A stretch of 64,000 bases of DNA from Magnetococcales bacterium (GCA_015231305.1 JADGBW010000004.1:1314-65313), one strand, 5' to 3'; numbered from the stretch's first letter, positions 36,547-46,734 are shown. Translations and numbers: made by a program. The notes: a model not told the origin generated them from the sequence alone.

Positions 36547-37431
36547 CTAAACAAAAACAGTACCAACACCTTGGTCTGTGAAAACCTCTAACAATAATGC
36601 ATGCTCAATACGTCCATCAATAATGTGTGCAGAGTTAACCCCATGGGCTTTGGCATTAACACAGGTCTGCACCTTGGGGATCATTCCACCCTCAATGGTG
36701 CTGTCTGCTATCATCTTTGGAACCTCATCTGGTTTTAGTTTGCTTATCAAACGACCGTTTTTATTTTTCACACCCAACACATCTGTAAGCAAAATTAATT
36801 TTTCTGCTTTCAGGGCAATAGCTATATGACCAGCTACTGAGTCTGCATTGATGTTGTAAGTTTCCCCATGCTGCCCAACCCCAACTGGAGCTATAACGGG
36901 AATAATGTCTGATGTGTTGAACATGCTCAAAAGCGTGGTATCAATTTTATCCACATCACCAACCCAACCCAAATCTATTATTTCTGGGGTTGATGTTTCT
37001 GGTCCAGAGCGAACATGTTTGCGTTTTTTTGCAATAATAGTTCGGCCATCTTTACCAGACATACCTGCTGCCTGACCACCATTTAAGTTTATTAAATTAA
37101 CAATATCTTTGTTAACTTTACCAGCCAAGACCATCTCTACCACATTTACAGTTTCTTGGTCAGTTACTCTTAAACCATCAATAAAGTGAGGTTTTAGCCC
37201 CATCTGTTCCATTATTTTACCAATTTGCGGTCCACCGCCATGCACTACAACCGGGTTTATGCCTACTTGGCGTAACAGGATGATGTTTTGGGCAAAAGCG
37301 GTTTTAAGCTCTTCGTCAACCATTGCATTGCCACCATATTTTATCACGAAGGTTTTCCCTTCAAAACGACGCATATAGGGTAGGGCTTCAATGAGAATGC
37401 GGGCTTTTTCAACTCGTTTATTCATGGTCAT
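36547..37431 (-). CDS. argB: acetylglutamate kinase
   Basis: 294 aa. [19 protein letters not shown] and the amino-acid-kinase fold motifs are present. Confidence 0.95.
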   Translation of the reverse strand: MTMNKRVEKARILIEALPYMRRFEGKTFVIKYGGNAMVDEELKTAFAQNIILLRQVGINPVVVHGGGPQIGKIMEQMGLKPHFIDGLRVTDQETVNVVEMVLAGKVNKDIVNLINLNGGQAAGMSGKDGRTIIAKKRKHVRSGPETSTPEIIDLGWVGDVDKIDTTLLSMFNTSDIIPVIAPVGVGQHGETYNINADSVAGHIAIALKAEKLILLTDVLGVKNKNGRLISKLKPDEVPKMIADSTIEGGMIPKVQTCVNAKAHGVNSAHIIDGRIEHALLLEVFTDQGVGTVFV

Positions 37432-37510
37432 AAAAAATTCTCTTTAATGTATAGTAGGTTCAATTTAAAAACTGAACACAACAAAATAGCATGTAATTAT
37501 CGAAAAAAGG

Positions 37511-37566
37511 TGGGTATCCTGGGCAGCGATGATAAATTATGGATTATCCCTTCAGCGAGAATAACG
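37511..37566. repeat. REP-like composite repeat, family A, degenerate copy 3
   Basis: ggtatcctgggc...atggattatcccttcagcgagaataacg parallels gggaatccagag...atagatttccgcctacgcgagaataacg of copy 1. Confidence 0.5.
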
Positions 37567-37636
37567 TCATGCTGTTTTAATAGTTTCTGTTTTTAGTTTG
37601 AAATTACTATAACTAGTATACATTTTTTTGTTAAAG

Positions 37637-37668
37637 CAAAAAAAACCCCGCATAAGCGGGGTTTTTTG
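37637..37668. terminator. rho-independent (bidirectional) terminator after the bc1 operon
   Basis: In caaaaaaaaccccgcataagcggggttttttg, the GC stem ccccgc/gcgggg (37646-37651 / 37656-37661) has a 4-nt loop. A-runs and T-runs flank it on both sides. It lies immediately 3' of the petC stop (37670). Confidence 0.85.
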
Positions 37669-37669
37669 T

Positions 37670-38500
37670 TTAATGGACTTTTGCCCATATCCGTCGTTTA
37701 ACTGCATAAAGCAATATGGTAAAGAAGACCAAATAGAGCAAAACCTTAAACCCTAAGGTCTTACGCTCTATTAAGGTTGGTTCAGCAGTCCAAGCCATAA
37801 ATGTTGTAATGTCGTGGGACATCTGTTTTAAAGAGCTTTCCGTCCCATCTGCATACTCAACCGCACCATCAGTTAGAGGAGCAGGCATTGCAAAAAATTG
37901 TCCAGGGAAATATTTGTTAAAATTATCTCCGTTGTCAATCCGTTTCAATGTGTTCTCGATCTGTTTTGGATGATTAGCATCTACGTGTAGAGCAGCTGCT
38001 AGCTCCAACGCCTCAGTTTTTGATACTTTGTTATCTTCCCAGACTTTTTCTACTAGCTCTGTTTCGCCATCGTTAAGATAGCCAGTAAGAATGCCATAGA
38101 CATAATTCTCGTAGCCCTTACGAGCTTTGGTCATTAATGATAGATCAGGGGGAATAAGACCAAATGACTCTTGTGCTGAGATATCATCCATTGCTGATAT
38201 CATTTTATCATTTTTAGTACGACCCTGTGTATCAGCTAAAGCCACTATTTCAGCTTCGGTGTAGCCAAACTGTTTTAGAGATTCAAACTTGATGTATTTA
38301 AAGGAGTGACAAGCCATGCAGACTTCAACTGCTATTTGCGCACCACGCTTTAATGCAGCATTATCAAACTTACCGAAGGCTCCTTTAAAGCCCCACTCCT
38401 GTGAAGGAGGTTTTATTGCTCCGCTAGAAGCAAGTGTAATTTGGGGAACAAAAGCAGCAGCTAATATCGCAACTTGGACAAATTTTAAAAATTTCATCAT
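37670..38500 (-). CDS. petC: ubiquinol-cytochrome c reductase, cytochrome c1 subunit
   Basis: 276 aa. It has a signal peptide, the heme-binding motif CMACHS and a C-terminal membrane anchor. It is the last gene of the petABC order. Confidence 0.9.
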   Translation of the reverse strand: MMKFLKFVQVAILAAAFVPQITLASSGAIKPPSQEWGFKGAFGKFDNAALKRGAQIAVEVCMACHSFKYIKFESLKQFGYTEAEIVALADTQGRTKNDKMISAMDDISAQESFGLIPPDLSLMTKARKGYENYVYGILTGYLNDGETELVEKVWEDNKVSKTEALELAAALHVDANHPKQIENTLKRIDNGDNFNKYFPGQFFAMPAPLTDGAVEYADGTESSLKQMSHDITTFMAWTAEPTLIERKTLGFKVLLYLVFFTILLYAVKRRIWAKVH

Positions 38501-38511
38501 TTAAACTCCCC

Positions 38512-39726
38512 TTACAGACTTTTTGGCAGTGGTAGGGGCTTTTCAATTTTAAAAGCCGTCACGATAAATAACATCACAAAATAGCCGAAGTAGATTGCTG
38601 TTCCGGTACGGCCAAGGATAATAAGAGGCAGAGCTCCATCAAAAGCTGTTGCATCTGATGGGTTATATCCAATCCAACCCAACAATATACAGTCGGCAAC
38701 AAAAATCCAGAATAGAGATCTACTCAATGGGCGGTAACGGAAAGAGCGCACTGGTGAGCGGTCTAAAAATGGTAGGACAAACAGAATACAAATGGCCCCA
38801 ACCATAGCGATAACACCAGCTAGTTTACTATATTCACCCAAAAAGTCGATTGAACGCAAAATGGCATAGAATGGGAGGAAGTACCACTCTGGCACAATAT
38901 GAGCTGGAGTCTGCATCGGGTTTGCAGGAATATAGTTATCCGGCTCTAAAAAGGCGTTGGGGGCAAAAAATACAAACCAGCAATAGATAATAAGAAGTAT
39001 ACCTATTCCATATAGATCTTTGATAGTAAAATATGGGTGGAACGGTAGGGTGTCTTTCTCTTCATTAACAATATCAATACCGTCTGGATTGTTTGAATGC
39101 ACCGCATGTAACGCCCACATATGAACAATAACTAATGCGAAAATAACCAGAGGCAATAGAAAGTGGAGAACATAAAAACGGTTTAATGTGGCATCGCCAA
39201 CAGAAAAACCACCCCAGACCCAAATAACAAGATCTTCACCAACCATAGGAACCGCGGTTATTAAGTTGGTGATAACGGCAGCACCCCAGTAGGACATCTG
39301 ACCCCAAGGTAGTACGTAACCCAAGAAGCCTGTACCCATCATTAAGAAGAATATTATAACTCCAATCCACCAGAGAATCTCTCGTGGAGCACGGTATGAG
39401 CCATAATACATTCCTCTTAAGATATGGACATATATAATAATAAAGAAGAACGTAGCACCGTTAGCATGGAGATAACGTAGCAACCAGCCATAGTTCACAT
39501 CACGCATGATGTGCTCAACAATATCAAATGCTGCTTTAGCATCTGGTTTATAATGCATAGCCAAAAACAGGCCAGTGGCAATCATAACTATCAACATGAA
39601 CAGAGCTAGAGAACCGAAGTTCCACCAGTAGTTCAAGTTTTTGGGGGTAGGATATTCCGTAGCCTGACTTTTTATCATGTCAGATACCGGAATTCGGGCA
39701 TCAACCCATTCCATTAATTTAGACAC
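38512..39726 (-). CDS. petB: ubiquinol-cytochrome c reductase, cytochrome b subunit
   Basis: 404 aa. It is polytopic, with the conserved bis-heme His pairs ([11 protein letters not shown], ...HFLLPLV...) and a PEWYFL motif. Confidence 0.95.
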   Translation of the reverse strand: MSKLMEWVDARIPVSDMIKSQATEYPTPKNLNYWWNFGSLALFMLIVMIATGLFLAMHYKPDAKAAFDIVEHIMRDVNYGWLLRYLHANGATFFFIIIYVHILRGMYYGSYRAPREILWWIGVIIFFLMMGTGFLGYVLPWGQMSYWGAAVITNLITAVPMVGEDLVIWVWGGFSVGDATLNRFYVLHFLLPLVIFALVIVHMWALHAVHSNNPDGIDIVNEEKDTLPFHPYFTIKDLYGIGILLIIYCWFVFFAPNAFLEPDNYIPANPMQTPAHIVPEWYFLPFYAILRSIDFLGEYSKLAGVIAMVGAICILFVLPFLDRSPVRSFRYRPLSRSLFWIFVADCILLGWIGYNPSDATAFDGALPLIILGRTGTAIYFGYFVMLFIVTAFKIEKPLPLPKSL

Positions 39727-39784
39727 TTTTTTTCCTCCTACTCATCAATCAAATAATAGATGAATTTTTTTGGTTGATTGCCAA

Positions 39785-40309
39785 CTAAACCGGCTTACCA
39801 ATTACAATTGTGTGGTCGTCCTTAAATACATAGTACGGAACCGGCAGGTTCTTTGGTGCAGGACCCTGACGAATACGACCTGAAGTATCATAATGTGAGC
39901 CATGACAAGGACAGAGGAATCCACCAAAATCTCCAGTACCAACTGGTTGCGGAACACAACCAAGATGAGTACACAGTGCTAAAAGAACTAAATATTGTTC
40001 TTTTAATACTCGATCTTTATCTAGCGCAGGATCTGGCAAGCTGGCTGAATCAGCCTCTTTTGCCTGGGCAATCTGTTCTGCGTTTCTATGTAGGATAAAA
40101 ATTGGTTTTCCTTGCCAAGGAATAGTAATCATCTGGCCTTCAGCCAATGCACTGAGATCTGCCTCAGTTGTTGCTTGGGCTAGGACGTCCGCTGAGGGAC
40201 TCCAAGACCTGATGAAAGGCCATGCTGCTGCTGCAGTACCTGCAACACCAACGGCCCCAGTTGCCAGGATGAGAAAGTCCCGGCGATTCTCTTCTGCCTC
40301 AATAACCAT
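39785..40309 (-). CDS. petA: ubiquinol-cytochrome c reductase, Rieske iron-sulfur subunit
   Basis: The Rieske boxes are CTHLGC and CPCHGS. A twin-arginine motif (NRRDFL) is present. I prefer the ATG at 40309 (MVIEAEENRRDFL), which has GGAGG upstream, over the TTG at 40360 in the ORF track. Confidence 0.9.
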   Translation of the reverse strand: MVIEAEENRRDFLILATGAVGVAGTAAAAWPFIRSWSPSADVLAQATTEADLSALAEGQMITIPWQGKPIFILHRNAEQIAQAKEADSASLPDPALDKDRVLKEQYLVLLALCTHLGCVPQPVGTGDFGGFLCPCHGSHYDTSGRIRQGPAPKNLPVPYYVFKDDHTIVIGKPV

Positions 40310-40656
40310 AAAGTCTCTTGACCTCCAGTGAGGTAGCGGGGAAGCTACAAATGAAAACAATATTGTACATGATTCTATTTAAGAACTAAGATTAGGTGTC
40401 GCCATTTATAAAAGCGGTAAATCAAACGATCTTGAGAATCCATACTAAAAAAAACTTAAACCTGAGCCTGTATTTATAAGTGAAAATCGTGATAAAAATC
40501 CTAATGCTGCTTTATCAAAATAGGCAAATATTTATAAGAACACGCTAATATTCCAAATTTACCACCGCTGAGTCAACCATATTTCCACCAAATGACGAAA
40601 AAAATGCATAAAAAGGGTTAATACCCTTAGAAACGAAAGTTTGAGGTAAAATAAAG

Positions 40657-41127
40657 ATGTTTCATGTGATGCTATTTCAACCGGAAATTCCCCCCAATAC
40701 CGGAACCATCATCCGTTTGTGTGCGGCTAGCAATAGTCGTCTACACCTTATAGGCCCACTTGGTTTCCGCCTGGATGCAGCAGCTGTAAGAAGAGCAGGT
40801 ATGGATTATCGGGAGTTAGCAGATGTACAACGATGGGATGATTTTTCACAATACACCGATAATTGTAGTGACAATAGCCGCACTTTTGTAATTTCAACCC
40901 ATGGAAAACAGATATATTCCCAGGCAAAATTTCGCCCAGGTGATAGGTTCTTATTTGGCTCTGAGGGGGCTGGTTTACCTGAAGCAGTTATAAAATCTCA
41001 TGGGGATAGGGTATTACGCATACCTATGGCTCACACTGCTAGAAGCCTTAATCTGGCAGTTAGCGTTAGCATTGTTATTTATGAAGCGTTGCGTCAAGTC
41101 GGTTTTCGTGATGAGCAACTGCAATAA
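40657..41127 (+). CDS. trmL: tRNA (cytidine/uridine-34-2'-O)-methyltransferase TrmL (SpoU/TrmH family)
   Basis: 156 aa. The N-terminus MLFQPEIPPNTGTIIRLCAA closely parallels E. coli TrmL. The SPOUT knot motifs FGSEGAGL and SLNLAVSV are present. Confidence 0.9.
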   Translation: MFHVMLFQPEIPPNTGTIIRLCAASNSRLHLIGPLGFRLDAAAVRRAGMDYRELADVQRWDDFSQYTDNCSDNSRTFVISTHGKQIYSQAKFRPGDRFLFGSEGAGLPEAVIKSHGDRVLRIPMAHTARSLNLAVSVSIVIYEALRQVGFRDEQLQ

Positions 41128-41322
41128 AACTAGCTATCTAACAATTCATATTAACTCATATAGCCATAGTCACGTTTTAAACAGCTAACAGGATTGCAAC
41201 TAATTTATGCTTTGCCCTCCTAGATACCAGCTTTCATGTGAAAGATGTACCAATTGTTTTGTGCGTTATTAGAAAATGTAAACATATAATAATGCTAATG
41301 GCCTATTTTTAGGAGAAATTTG

Positions 41323-41853
41323 ATGGAAGAAGTTGAAATTATAGTTGGAGACATAACTAACTTGAAGGTAGATGTAATTGTAAATGCTGCAAATTCTACA
41401 CTTTTGGGTGGTGGTGGTGTTGATGGTGCAATTCATAAAAAAGGTGGAGAAACAATTTTGCAAGAGTGTATAGAGATAAGAAAAAAATCTTATCCTCAGG
41501 GACTTCCAACGGGTCAGGCTGTAATTACCCAAGGAGGAGAGCTACCAGCTTCATATGTAATCCATACAGTTGGGCCAGTGTATGGCGTTGACACCGCGCC
41601 CCAAGCTCAACTAAAAAAATGTTATGAAAATTGTCTTGAGTTAGCCAAGAAAAACGAAGTTGCAAGCATAGCTTTTCCTGGTATAAGCACTGGAGTTTAT
41701 GGTTTTCCCAAAGAGAGCGCTGCTCCCATTGCTTTGATAACCATTAAAGAATTTTTAACAAAATCACCAGGTTCTATAGAACGTATAATACTTTGCGCAT
41801 ATAGCAAAGAAGATCAGGAAATATTACAGCAAGCATATGATAATTTATATTAA
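41323..41853 (+). CDS. macro-domain protein (O-acetyl-ADP-ribose deacetylase, YmdB-like)
   Basis: It reads IVGDITNLKVDVIVNAAN..LLGGGGVDGAIH...FPGISTGVYGFP. The ATG at 41323 has AGGAG 7 nt upstream. The track's TTG at 41320 is one codon earlier. Confidence 0.9.
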   Translation: MEEVEIIVGDITNLKVDVIVNAANSTLLGGGGVDGAIHKKGGETILQECIEIRKKSYPQGLPTGQAVITQGGELPASYVIHTVGPVYGVDTAPQAQLKKCYENCLELAKKNEVASIAFPGISTGVYGFPKESAAPIALITIKEFLTKSPGSIERIILCAYSKEDQEILQQAYDNLY

Positions 41854-41872
41854 AAAATTGCCATCACACTTA

Positions 41873-42781
41873 CTAAGCAGTTAAAAAATAGCTCCATAGT
41901 GGCAGGGTAATATATGAGGTCAACAGGCCCATGCCAACCATTGCTGCTATAAGATCAGGAGCAAGACCAGCAGCAATTGCCAAAGCTCCTGCTGTAATCA
42001 TAGATGGCATTGCTGCTTCAAAAATTGCTATACGCGCAGGGTCACTAGTAAGGCCAAATATATTGCAAACAAGCAGAGCCAGAAGAGGGGCTATAAATAG
42101 CTTTAGACTTAAACCTGCAATTAGTGGAGTGATATATTTTTTTTCAAGATGAAATTTGAGCTGCAAACCTACTGCAACCATTACTACCGGAACCAACGTA
42201 TCAGCTAATCGTGTAAGTATAGATGTTAGCATACTCGGTAAAACCCAACCCTGATACATCAAAGTTATTGCTATAAGCAGAGATACAAAAGGTGGAAAGG
42301 TAATAATTTTGTGAAAGATAGCCCTAGTTGATACCTCACCATCTCCAGAATAAACAGCCAGTATTATTGCTCCATAGATGGTTAAACCAGGAAAAGTACC
42401 CAGCTGATCATATAACACTCCATAGGGTATGAAATCGGCTCCAAACAGGGCATCGATCATGGGGATACCCAAAAATGAAGTGTTACCAAGAGGAACCACC
42501 ATTAAAAGTCCCCCTGTAATAGAGTTGCTCCAACCAAAAAGCCGGGCGAGAGTAAGCACAGCTACAGCCCCAAACCCCATCATAAACCAAGGCATTATTA
42601 TAGGCGTTAACAGAGTTGTTGAAAAACTCAACTTGGGAACCTGAATTAAAATAAGTGCAGGTAGAGAGAGATAGATAACATACTGGTTAAATGATAAAGC
42701 TGCTGAATCGTGAAAAACACCAAGGCGGCGCAAGGCAACTCCAGAAAATAGCAACAGCAGGATAAGTATAAAATTTTCCAT
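41873..42781 (-). CDS. AEC (auxin efflux carrier) family transporter
   Basis: 302 aa with about 10 TM helices. The architecture and size are typical of AEC permeases. Confidence 0.8.
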   Translation of the reverse strand: MENFILILLLLFSGVALRRLGVFHDSAALSFNQYVIYLSLPALILIQVPKLSFSTTLLTPIIMPWFMMGFGAVAVLTLARLFGWSNSITGGLLMVVPLGNTSFLGIPMIDALFGADFIPYGVLYDQLGTFPGLTIYGAIILAVYSGDGEVSTRAIFHKIITFPPFVSLLIAITLMYQGWVLPSMLTSILTRLADTLVPVVMVAVGLQLKFHLEKKYITPLIAGLSLKLFIAPLLALLVCNIFGLTSDPARIAIFEAAMPSMITAGALAIAAGLAPDLIAAMVGMGLLTSYITLPLWSYFLTA

Positions 42782-43025
42782 ATAAAAAATTATCCTATAT
42801 TAAGGCTAGATCAGGCAGTTGGTAGTGTTCGTGGTGTAAAATATTATTTTATAACGTGTATTATTGAAAATAATAGTCACCTTTGATGGTTATTATACTT
42901 TATCTTGATATATAACTGTCGAATTTAGGATAATAGGTTGAACTAGCAAAAAAAATGGAAGTTCAGGTAGCTATATATCACCCGAACTTCCATTGTTAAT
43001 CTTATAAATTCAGCTAACTACATAT

Positions 43026-43433
43026 CTATTTAGTTTTACCTGAAATAAGCCGATCATGATTTTCTTGCACAAATGGTGATGCCTCACCAACCAAACACCA
43101 AATAAGCTGTTTTTTATCAGTAACTTCAAGGTTAGTAAATGCGCACCTATTTTTCAGCTTATCTGATAGTTCTCTTTTTTTCTTTTCTTCAGCATTTTTC
43201 CCCAAAATTTTCCAAACCAAGCAAGGGTATAGTTCCTGTATAAACTTTTGGTTAGCAAGTTTAGGGTCATTAACATGGCTGTTTTTTGCTTTAGAAAAGC
43301 TAGCACTAAAACATCCTGTTGTTGCTGCCACCAACTCTTTAGGGCCAGTAACTACCTCTTGAGAGCAGCTAGATAACAGAAATAGACCCATTATCAAGAG
43401 TAGAAATTTCCGGTAAGCTTTTATAATAATCAA
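43026..43433 (-). CDS. hypothetical lipoprotein
   Basis: 135 aa. It has a signal peptide with a lipobox (LFLLSSC). No other motif was seen. Confidence 0.5.
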   Translation of the reverse strand: MIIIKAYRKFLLLIMGLFLLSSCSQEVVTGPKELVAATTGCFSASFSKAKNSHVNDPKLANQKFIQELYPCLVWKILGKNAEEKKKRELSDKLKNRCAFTNLEVTDKKQLIWCLVGEASPFVQENHDRLISGKTK

Positions 43434-43541
43434 ATTATTTTCTTAAAAAGTTTTATGTGAATAGTGTATTTTGAAGCATTCTTTCATATTAATAGTTTTC
43501 TAGCAAACAAATCCCTATTTACATTCTAAAAATGCTTTTTT

Positions 43542-43877
43542 TTAAGTGGTAGTCTCTAACCTTATAATTTGTCTTTGTTGACGAGCCATATCTATCAATG
43601 GAGTGCTTTCATCTTCTTCCCACTGCTTAATGCCCACGCCTATAGGTTCGATACGACTATCAGTATGTACTGTTGTTTCCCAAAGTATTTCTGTACCGTT
43701 CCAACTATTTGGCTCATCAAACCTAGATGTAACAACCATTAAATCCACATCACTATGGGTATGAGAATCATAGCGAGCATAAGAGCCATATAGAATACCA
43801 AAAGCTACAGGAATGCCTCTTTCTTCAAGTTTATGGAGATAACCTTTTACAGTTTCAACAATTTGTTGAGTAGCCAT
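43542..43877 (-). CDS. nucleotidyltransferase-domain protein (MNT-type, cognate partner of HEPN toxins)
   Basis: 111 aa. It carries the minimal pol-beta NTase motif GILYGSYARYDSHTHSDVDLMVV (GSxxxG...SDxD). Confidence 0.75.
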   Translation of the reverse strand: MATQQIVETVKGYLHKLEERGIPVAFGILYGSYARYDSHTHSDVDLMVVTSRFDEPNSWNGTEILWETTVHTDSRIEPIGVGIKQWEEDESTPLIDMARQQRQIIRLETTT

Positions 43878-43897
43878 AACATGACCTCCAAGGCTTG

Positions 43898-44238
43898 CTA
43901 TTTATATTGTTGAGCAGATTTTACGGGTACATGTTGGCTTGTAATATTACCAGGATAACGACCAACTAGGCAGAAAGCGTTAATTCGACCTAGTAAAAGC
44001 AACCACTTTTAAGGTAACTCAATTGCTGCTAACTTTGCTAAATGGACTAAATCATGACTCTTTAGTGGGTGCTCTTTTAGCAGTATACAACACATGCGCT
44101 TTAAGAGCTTTCTCTATACTTAAGATGTAGAAAAAAAAGCCTATGCCTAATATTGCCTCGTTCAATAAGACCTACAGCAATATTCCAATCTTCATCAGAG
44201 CTTGTACACCAGTAATCTATCTGCTTGGCTACGTTCAT
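43898..44238 (-). pseudogene. HEPN-domain gene disrupted by two frameshifts and one in-frame stop
   Basis: My own three-frame translation of the minus strand gives four segments. Frame 1 reads MNVAKQIDYWCTSSDEDWNIAVGLIERGNIRHRLFF. After a T8 run (A8 at 44131-44138 on the + strand) the sense continues in another frame as ILSIEKALKAHVLYTAKRAPTK. A third frame gives SHDLVHLAKLAAIELP. After a TAA the same frame continues as KWLLLLGRINAFCLVGRYPGNITSQHVPVKSAQQYK. EKALKA, HDL..L and RYPG are the HEPN helix motifs. The gene ends 20 nt before the MNT start. Confidence 0.6.
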
Positions 44239-44495
44239 AATAACATATAATAGCAAACCTTACCTACAATGGCGAAGTGAACATGAAAAGTTTGTTATTT
44301 ATATTAGTTGATTTTGGTATATACTACAAATTATGAGACAATCACTATTAATCTTGTTTTATAACAAAGTTTAAGAGATTGTTTGGGTGGTGGTTGGAAC
44401 TTCAAATCAGTTATATCTTTGTCCAAAGAACAACGATTAACAACCCGATACCCCAAGTCAGCATTTTAACAATAAGATATAGGGGTAGTTGTGTC

Positions 44496-44556
44496 ACACA
44501 GTACAATAAACTTAACTAAATCACATATGCAGTTATTTAAGTCAATTGTACTGTGT
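44496..44556. repeat. long imperfect inverted repeat (12 + 6 bp stem, 21-nt loop)
   Basis: acacagtacaatAAacttaa (44496-44515) pairs with ttaagtCAattgtactgtgt (44537-44556), with 18 of 20 positions complementary. It lies about 40 nt 3' of the DsbA-like gene stop. Confidence 0.7.
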
Positions 44557-44596
44557 TTTGTCTCATTTAAAAATTTAAGACTTAGTTTTGGTTAAA

Positions 44597-45565
44597 CTAA
44601 TTAGCCAACTCTTTTTCAATAACCTCAACAAAATCTGAAAAAGGTACAGCACCTACTAGTTTTATGCCGTTTACGAAGAAGGTTGGAGTTCCGGTTATAC
44701 CTAGGGCTTTGCCATCTTTTTTATCAGCGGCAACTCGGCTGGCATATTTATCGCTGTCTAAACATTTGTTAAATTTTTTGCTGTTTAGTTTTAGCTTTTT
44801 TGCCAGTTTTTTATATGCAGATACACTCAGCTCAGCATCTTTTTTAAATAGAGCATGGTGGAAAGACCAGAATGCTTTTTGGTCTTGGGCGCACTGTGCA
44901 GCTTCGGAAGCTTTTGGAGCTTTTTTATGGAATGGTAGTGGGAAATGGCGGAAGACAAAGCGTATTTTGTTGCCATATTCTTTCTCTACCTGTTTTAGTG
45001 CTTTTTGAGCACGACGACAGTAAGGGCATTCATAATCTGAAAACTCAATTATGGTTATTGGGGCATTTTTATTGCCTTTTACCAGATCTTGCGGTCCGGG
45101 AACATCATAACGGGGAGTTTCTAATAAAAATGTAACATTGTATTTACTGGTTAAGCTTTGCAAGTAAGCTGCCTGGAGGTTCTGCTGCAACTGTTTAAGC
45201 AGATAACCACGAATTTTTTCTTCCATCCCTTTACCACCATCTGGTAAGCGAGCAGCGTTAGCTTTTATGAACTCGGCAACATCTGCATCAGATAGTGGTG
45301 GAATTTTATCAAGTACCATTTTTTGCAGTACTTGATCAGCTGCAATATTGTTGGCTTTGGCCTCTAGGCCTAAAAGGTGGTTTATAACTATCTCTTGGAC
45401 TTTTTCTTCTCTTAGTTCATACAATTTTTGCGAAAGCTGTTTGTCAACTTCGGCTAGTTCTAAACTCCAAGAACCTACCGTTGCAACAGGTTGGGCCTGG
45501 GCAGGTGAAATTAAGGATAGAGTTAGTGCAAACAATAGAGGTAGGGCAATTATTAGTCGGATCAT
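44597..45565 (-). CDS. DsbA-family thiol:disulfide oxidoreductase with N-terminal chaperone-like helical domain
   Basis: 322 aa. It has a signal peptide and a thioredoxin-fold CxxC active site (FSDYECPYCRR), followed by GTPTFFVNG. Confidence 0.85.
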   Translation of the reverse strand: MIRLIIALPLLFALTLSLISPAQAQPVATVGSWSLELAEVDKQLSQKLYELREEKVQEIVINHLLGLEAKANNIAADQVLQKMVLDKIPPLSDADVAEFIKANAARLPDGGKGMEEKIRGYLLKQLQQNLQAAYLQSLTSKYNVTFLLETPRYDVPGPQDLVKGNKNAPITIIEFSDYECPYCRRAQKALKQVEKEYGNKIRFVFRHFPLPFHKKAPKASEAAQCAQDQKAFWSFHHALFKKDAELSVSAYKKLAKKLKLNSKKFNKCLDSDKYASRVAADKKDGKALGITGTPTFFVNGIKLVGAVPFSDFVEVIEKELAN

Positions 45566-45592
45566 GTTTTTGTTCCGTTTGAATTGAAAAGG

Positions 45593-46030
45593 TTAATTAG
45601 TTTTGTAGATATCATCTGCTCGTTTACGAAATGCATCTACCATTCTTTTGGATGCTTCTCCAAAAACTGGGCCCAAAGCCATTTCTATTAGGCGACTTTT
45701 AAAACGAAAATCGATAAAAAAGTCTATGGTACAACCCCCATTGGGAGAGTCAATAAAGCTCCATTCGCTCTCAAGATGTTTAAAGGGGCCAGAGATGTTG
45801 GAAATAGTAATTTTTTTACCTGGAACAACAGTATCAAGAGTTTTAAAAGTCTCGCGCATACCCTTAAAAGATATGGTCATTTCAGACATAAATTTATTGT
45901 CTTTTTCATCATATTTGCGTGCTTTTGCCAACCAGGGAATAAACTCCGGATATCTATCCATATCAACTACCAGGTCATACATCTGTGAAGCACTATAAGG
46001 TACTTTTGTGGACGAAGTACGTTTACTCAT
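45593..46030 (-). CDS. SRPBCC / RatA (COQ10-like, polyketide cyclase fold) family protein, copy 2
   Basis: 145 aa. It reads YPEFIPW...ISFKGMRETF...FIDFRFKSRL...GPVF and aligns along its whole length with the adjacent gene. Confidence 0.8.
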   Translation of the reverse strand: MSKRTSSTKVPYSASQMYDLVVDMDRYPEFIPWLAKARKYDEKDNKFMSEMTISFKGMRETFKTLDTVVPGKKITISNISGPFKHLESEWSFIDSPNGGCTIDFFIDFRFKSRLIEMALGPVFGEASKRMVDAFRKRADDIYKTN

Positions 46031-46055
46031 TTTATAATGTGACTCCTTATCGCCC

Positions 46056-46496
46056 TTAATTACGATGAAGGGCTATTGCTCTTTTTCTAAATGCACTTAT
46101 CATCTGCTTAGAAACTTGTGTAAATACTGGCCCCATGATCATCTCTTTCATACGGCTGGAGAAACGAAAGTCAATAAAAAACTCTATTTTTGTTCTATCC
46201 TCTCCAATGGGGTGAAAATGCCAGGTACTTACTAAATATTGAAATGGGCCCGATTTAAGATTGATCTCAATTTTTTTATTTGGCACTACAATATCTTGAG
46301 TTTGAAATTTCTCTCGCATCCCTTTAAAGGATATTGACATTTCTGCCATAAATTGAGTGTCTGTTTTATCCCATACACGAGCCTTACCACACCAAGGTAA
46401 AAATTTAGGATAGCTCTCTACATCCACCACGACGTTATACATCTGTTCGGCTGTAAAAGGTAGGACTTCACTGACGCGAATTTTTGGCATGGGCAA
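46056..46496 (-). CDS. SRPBCC / RatA (COQ10-like) family protein, copy 1
   Basis: 146 aa. It reads YPKFLPW...ISFKGMREKF...FIDFRFSSRM...GPVF and is a tandem paralog of 45593-46030. Confidence 0.8.
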   Translation of the reverse strand: MPMPKIRVSEVLPFTAEQMYNVVVDVESYPKFLPWCGKARVWDKTDTQFMAEMSISFKGMREKFQTQDIVVPNKKIEINLKSGPFQYLVSTWHFHPIGEDRTKIEFFIDFRFSSRMKEMIMGPVFTQVSKQMISAFRKRAIALHRN

Positions 46497-46734
46497 TCTA
46501 ACTCTTAAAATATTGATTAGTTAGTAGCTTTATTGCTTTAAAATTTGAAAAACAAAGAAACTTTTGCAAAAAAGTGTTACTTGTTAATATGGTCAGCTTA
46601 AAAAATTACTTTGTTATTCAGTATTAAGCTAGATCACCCATAAAGCATAAAATATCCGAGAGTGGTTAGTAAAGGGCACGTTATGTTATGGTTTCAACCT
46701 TTATTAGGCTCCTTGTATATATAACCATCTGGCA

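Noticed and set aside
41269-41532. 87-aa minus-strand ORF overlapping the start of the macro-domain gene.
   Set aside because: It is antisense to a gene with a textbook macro-domain N-terminus and a strong SD. Its translation is low-complexity.
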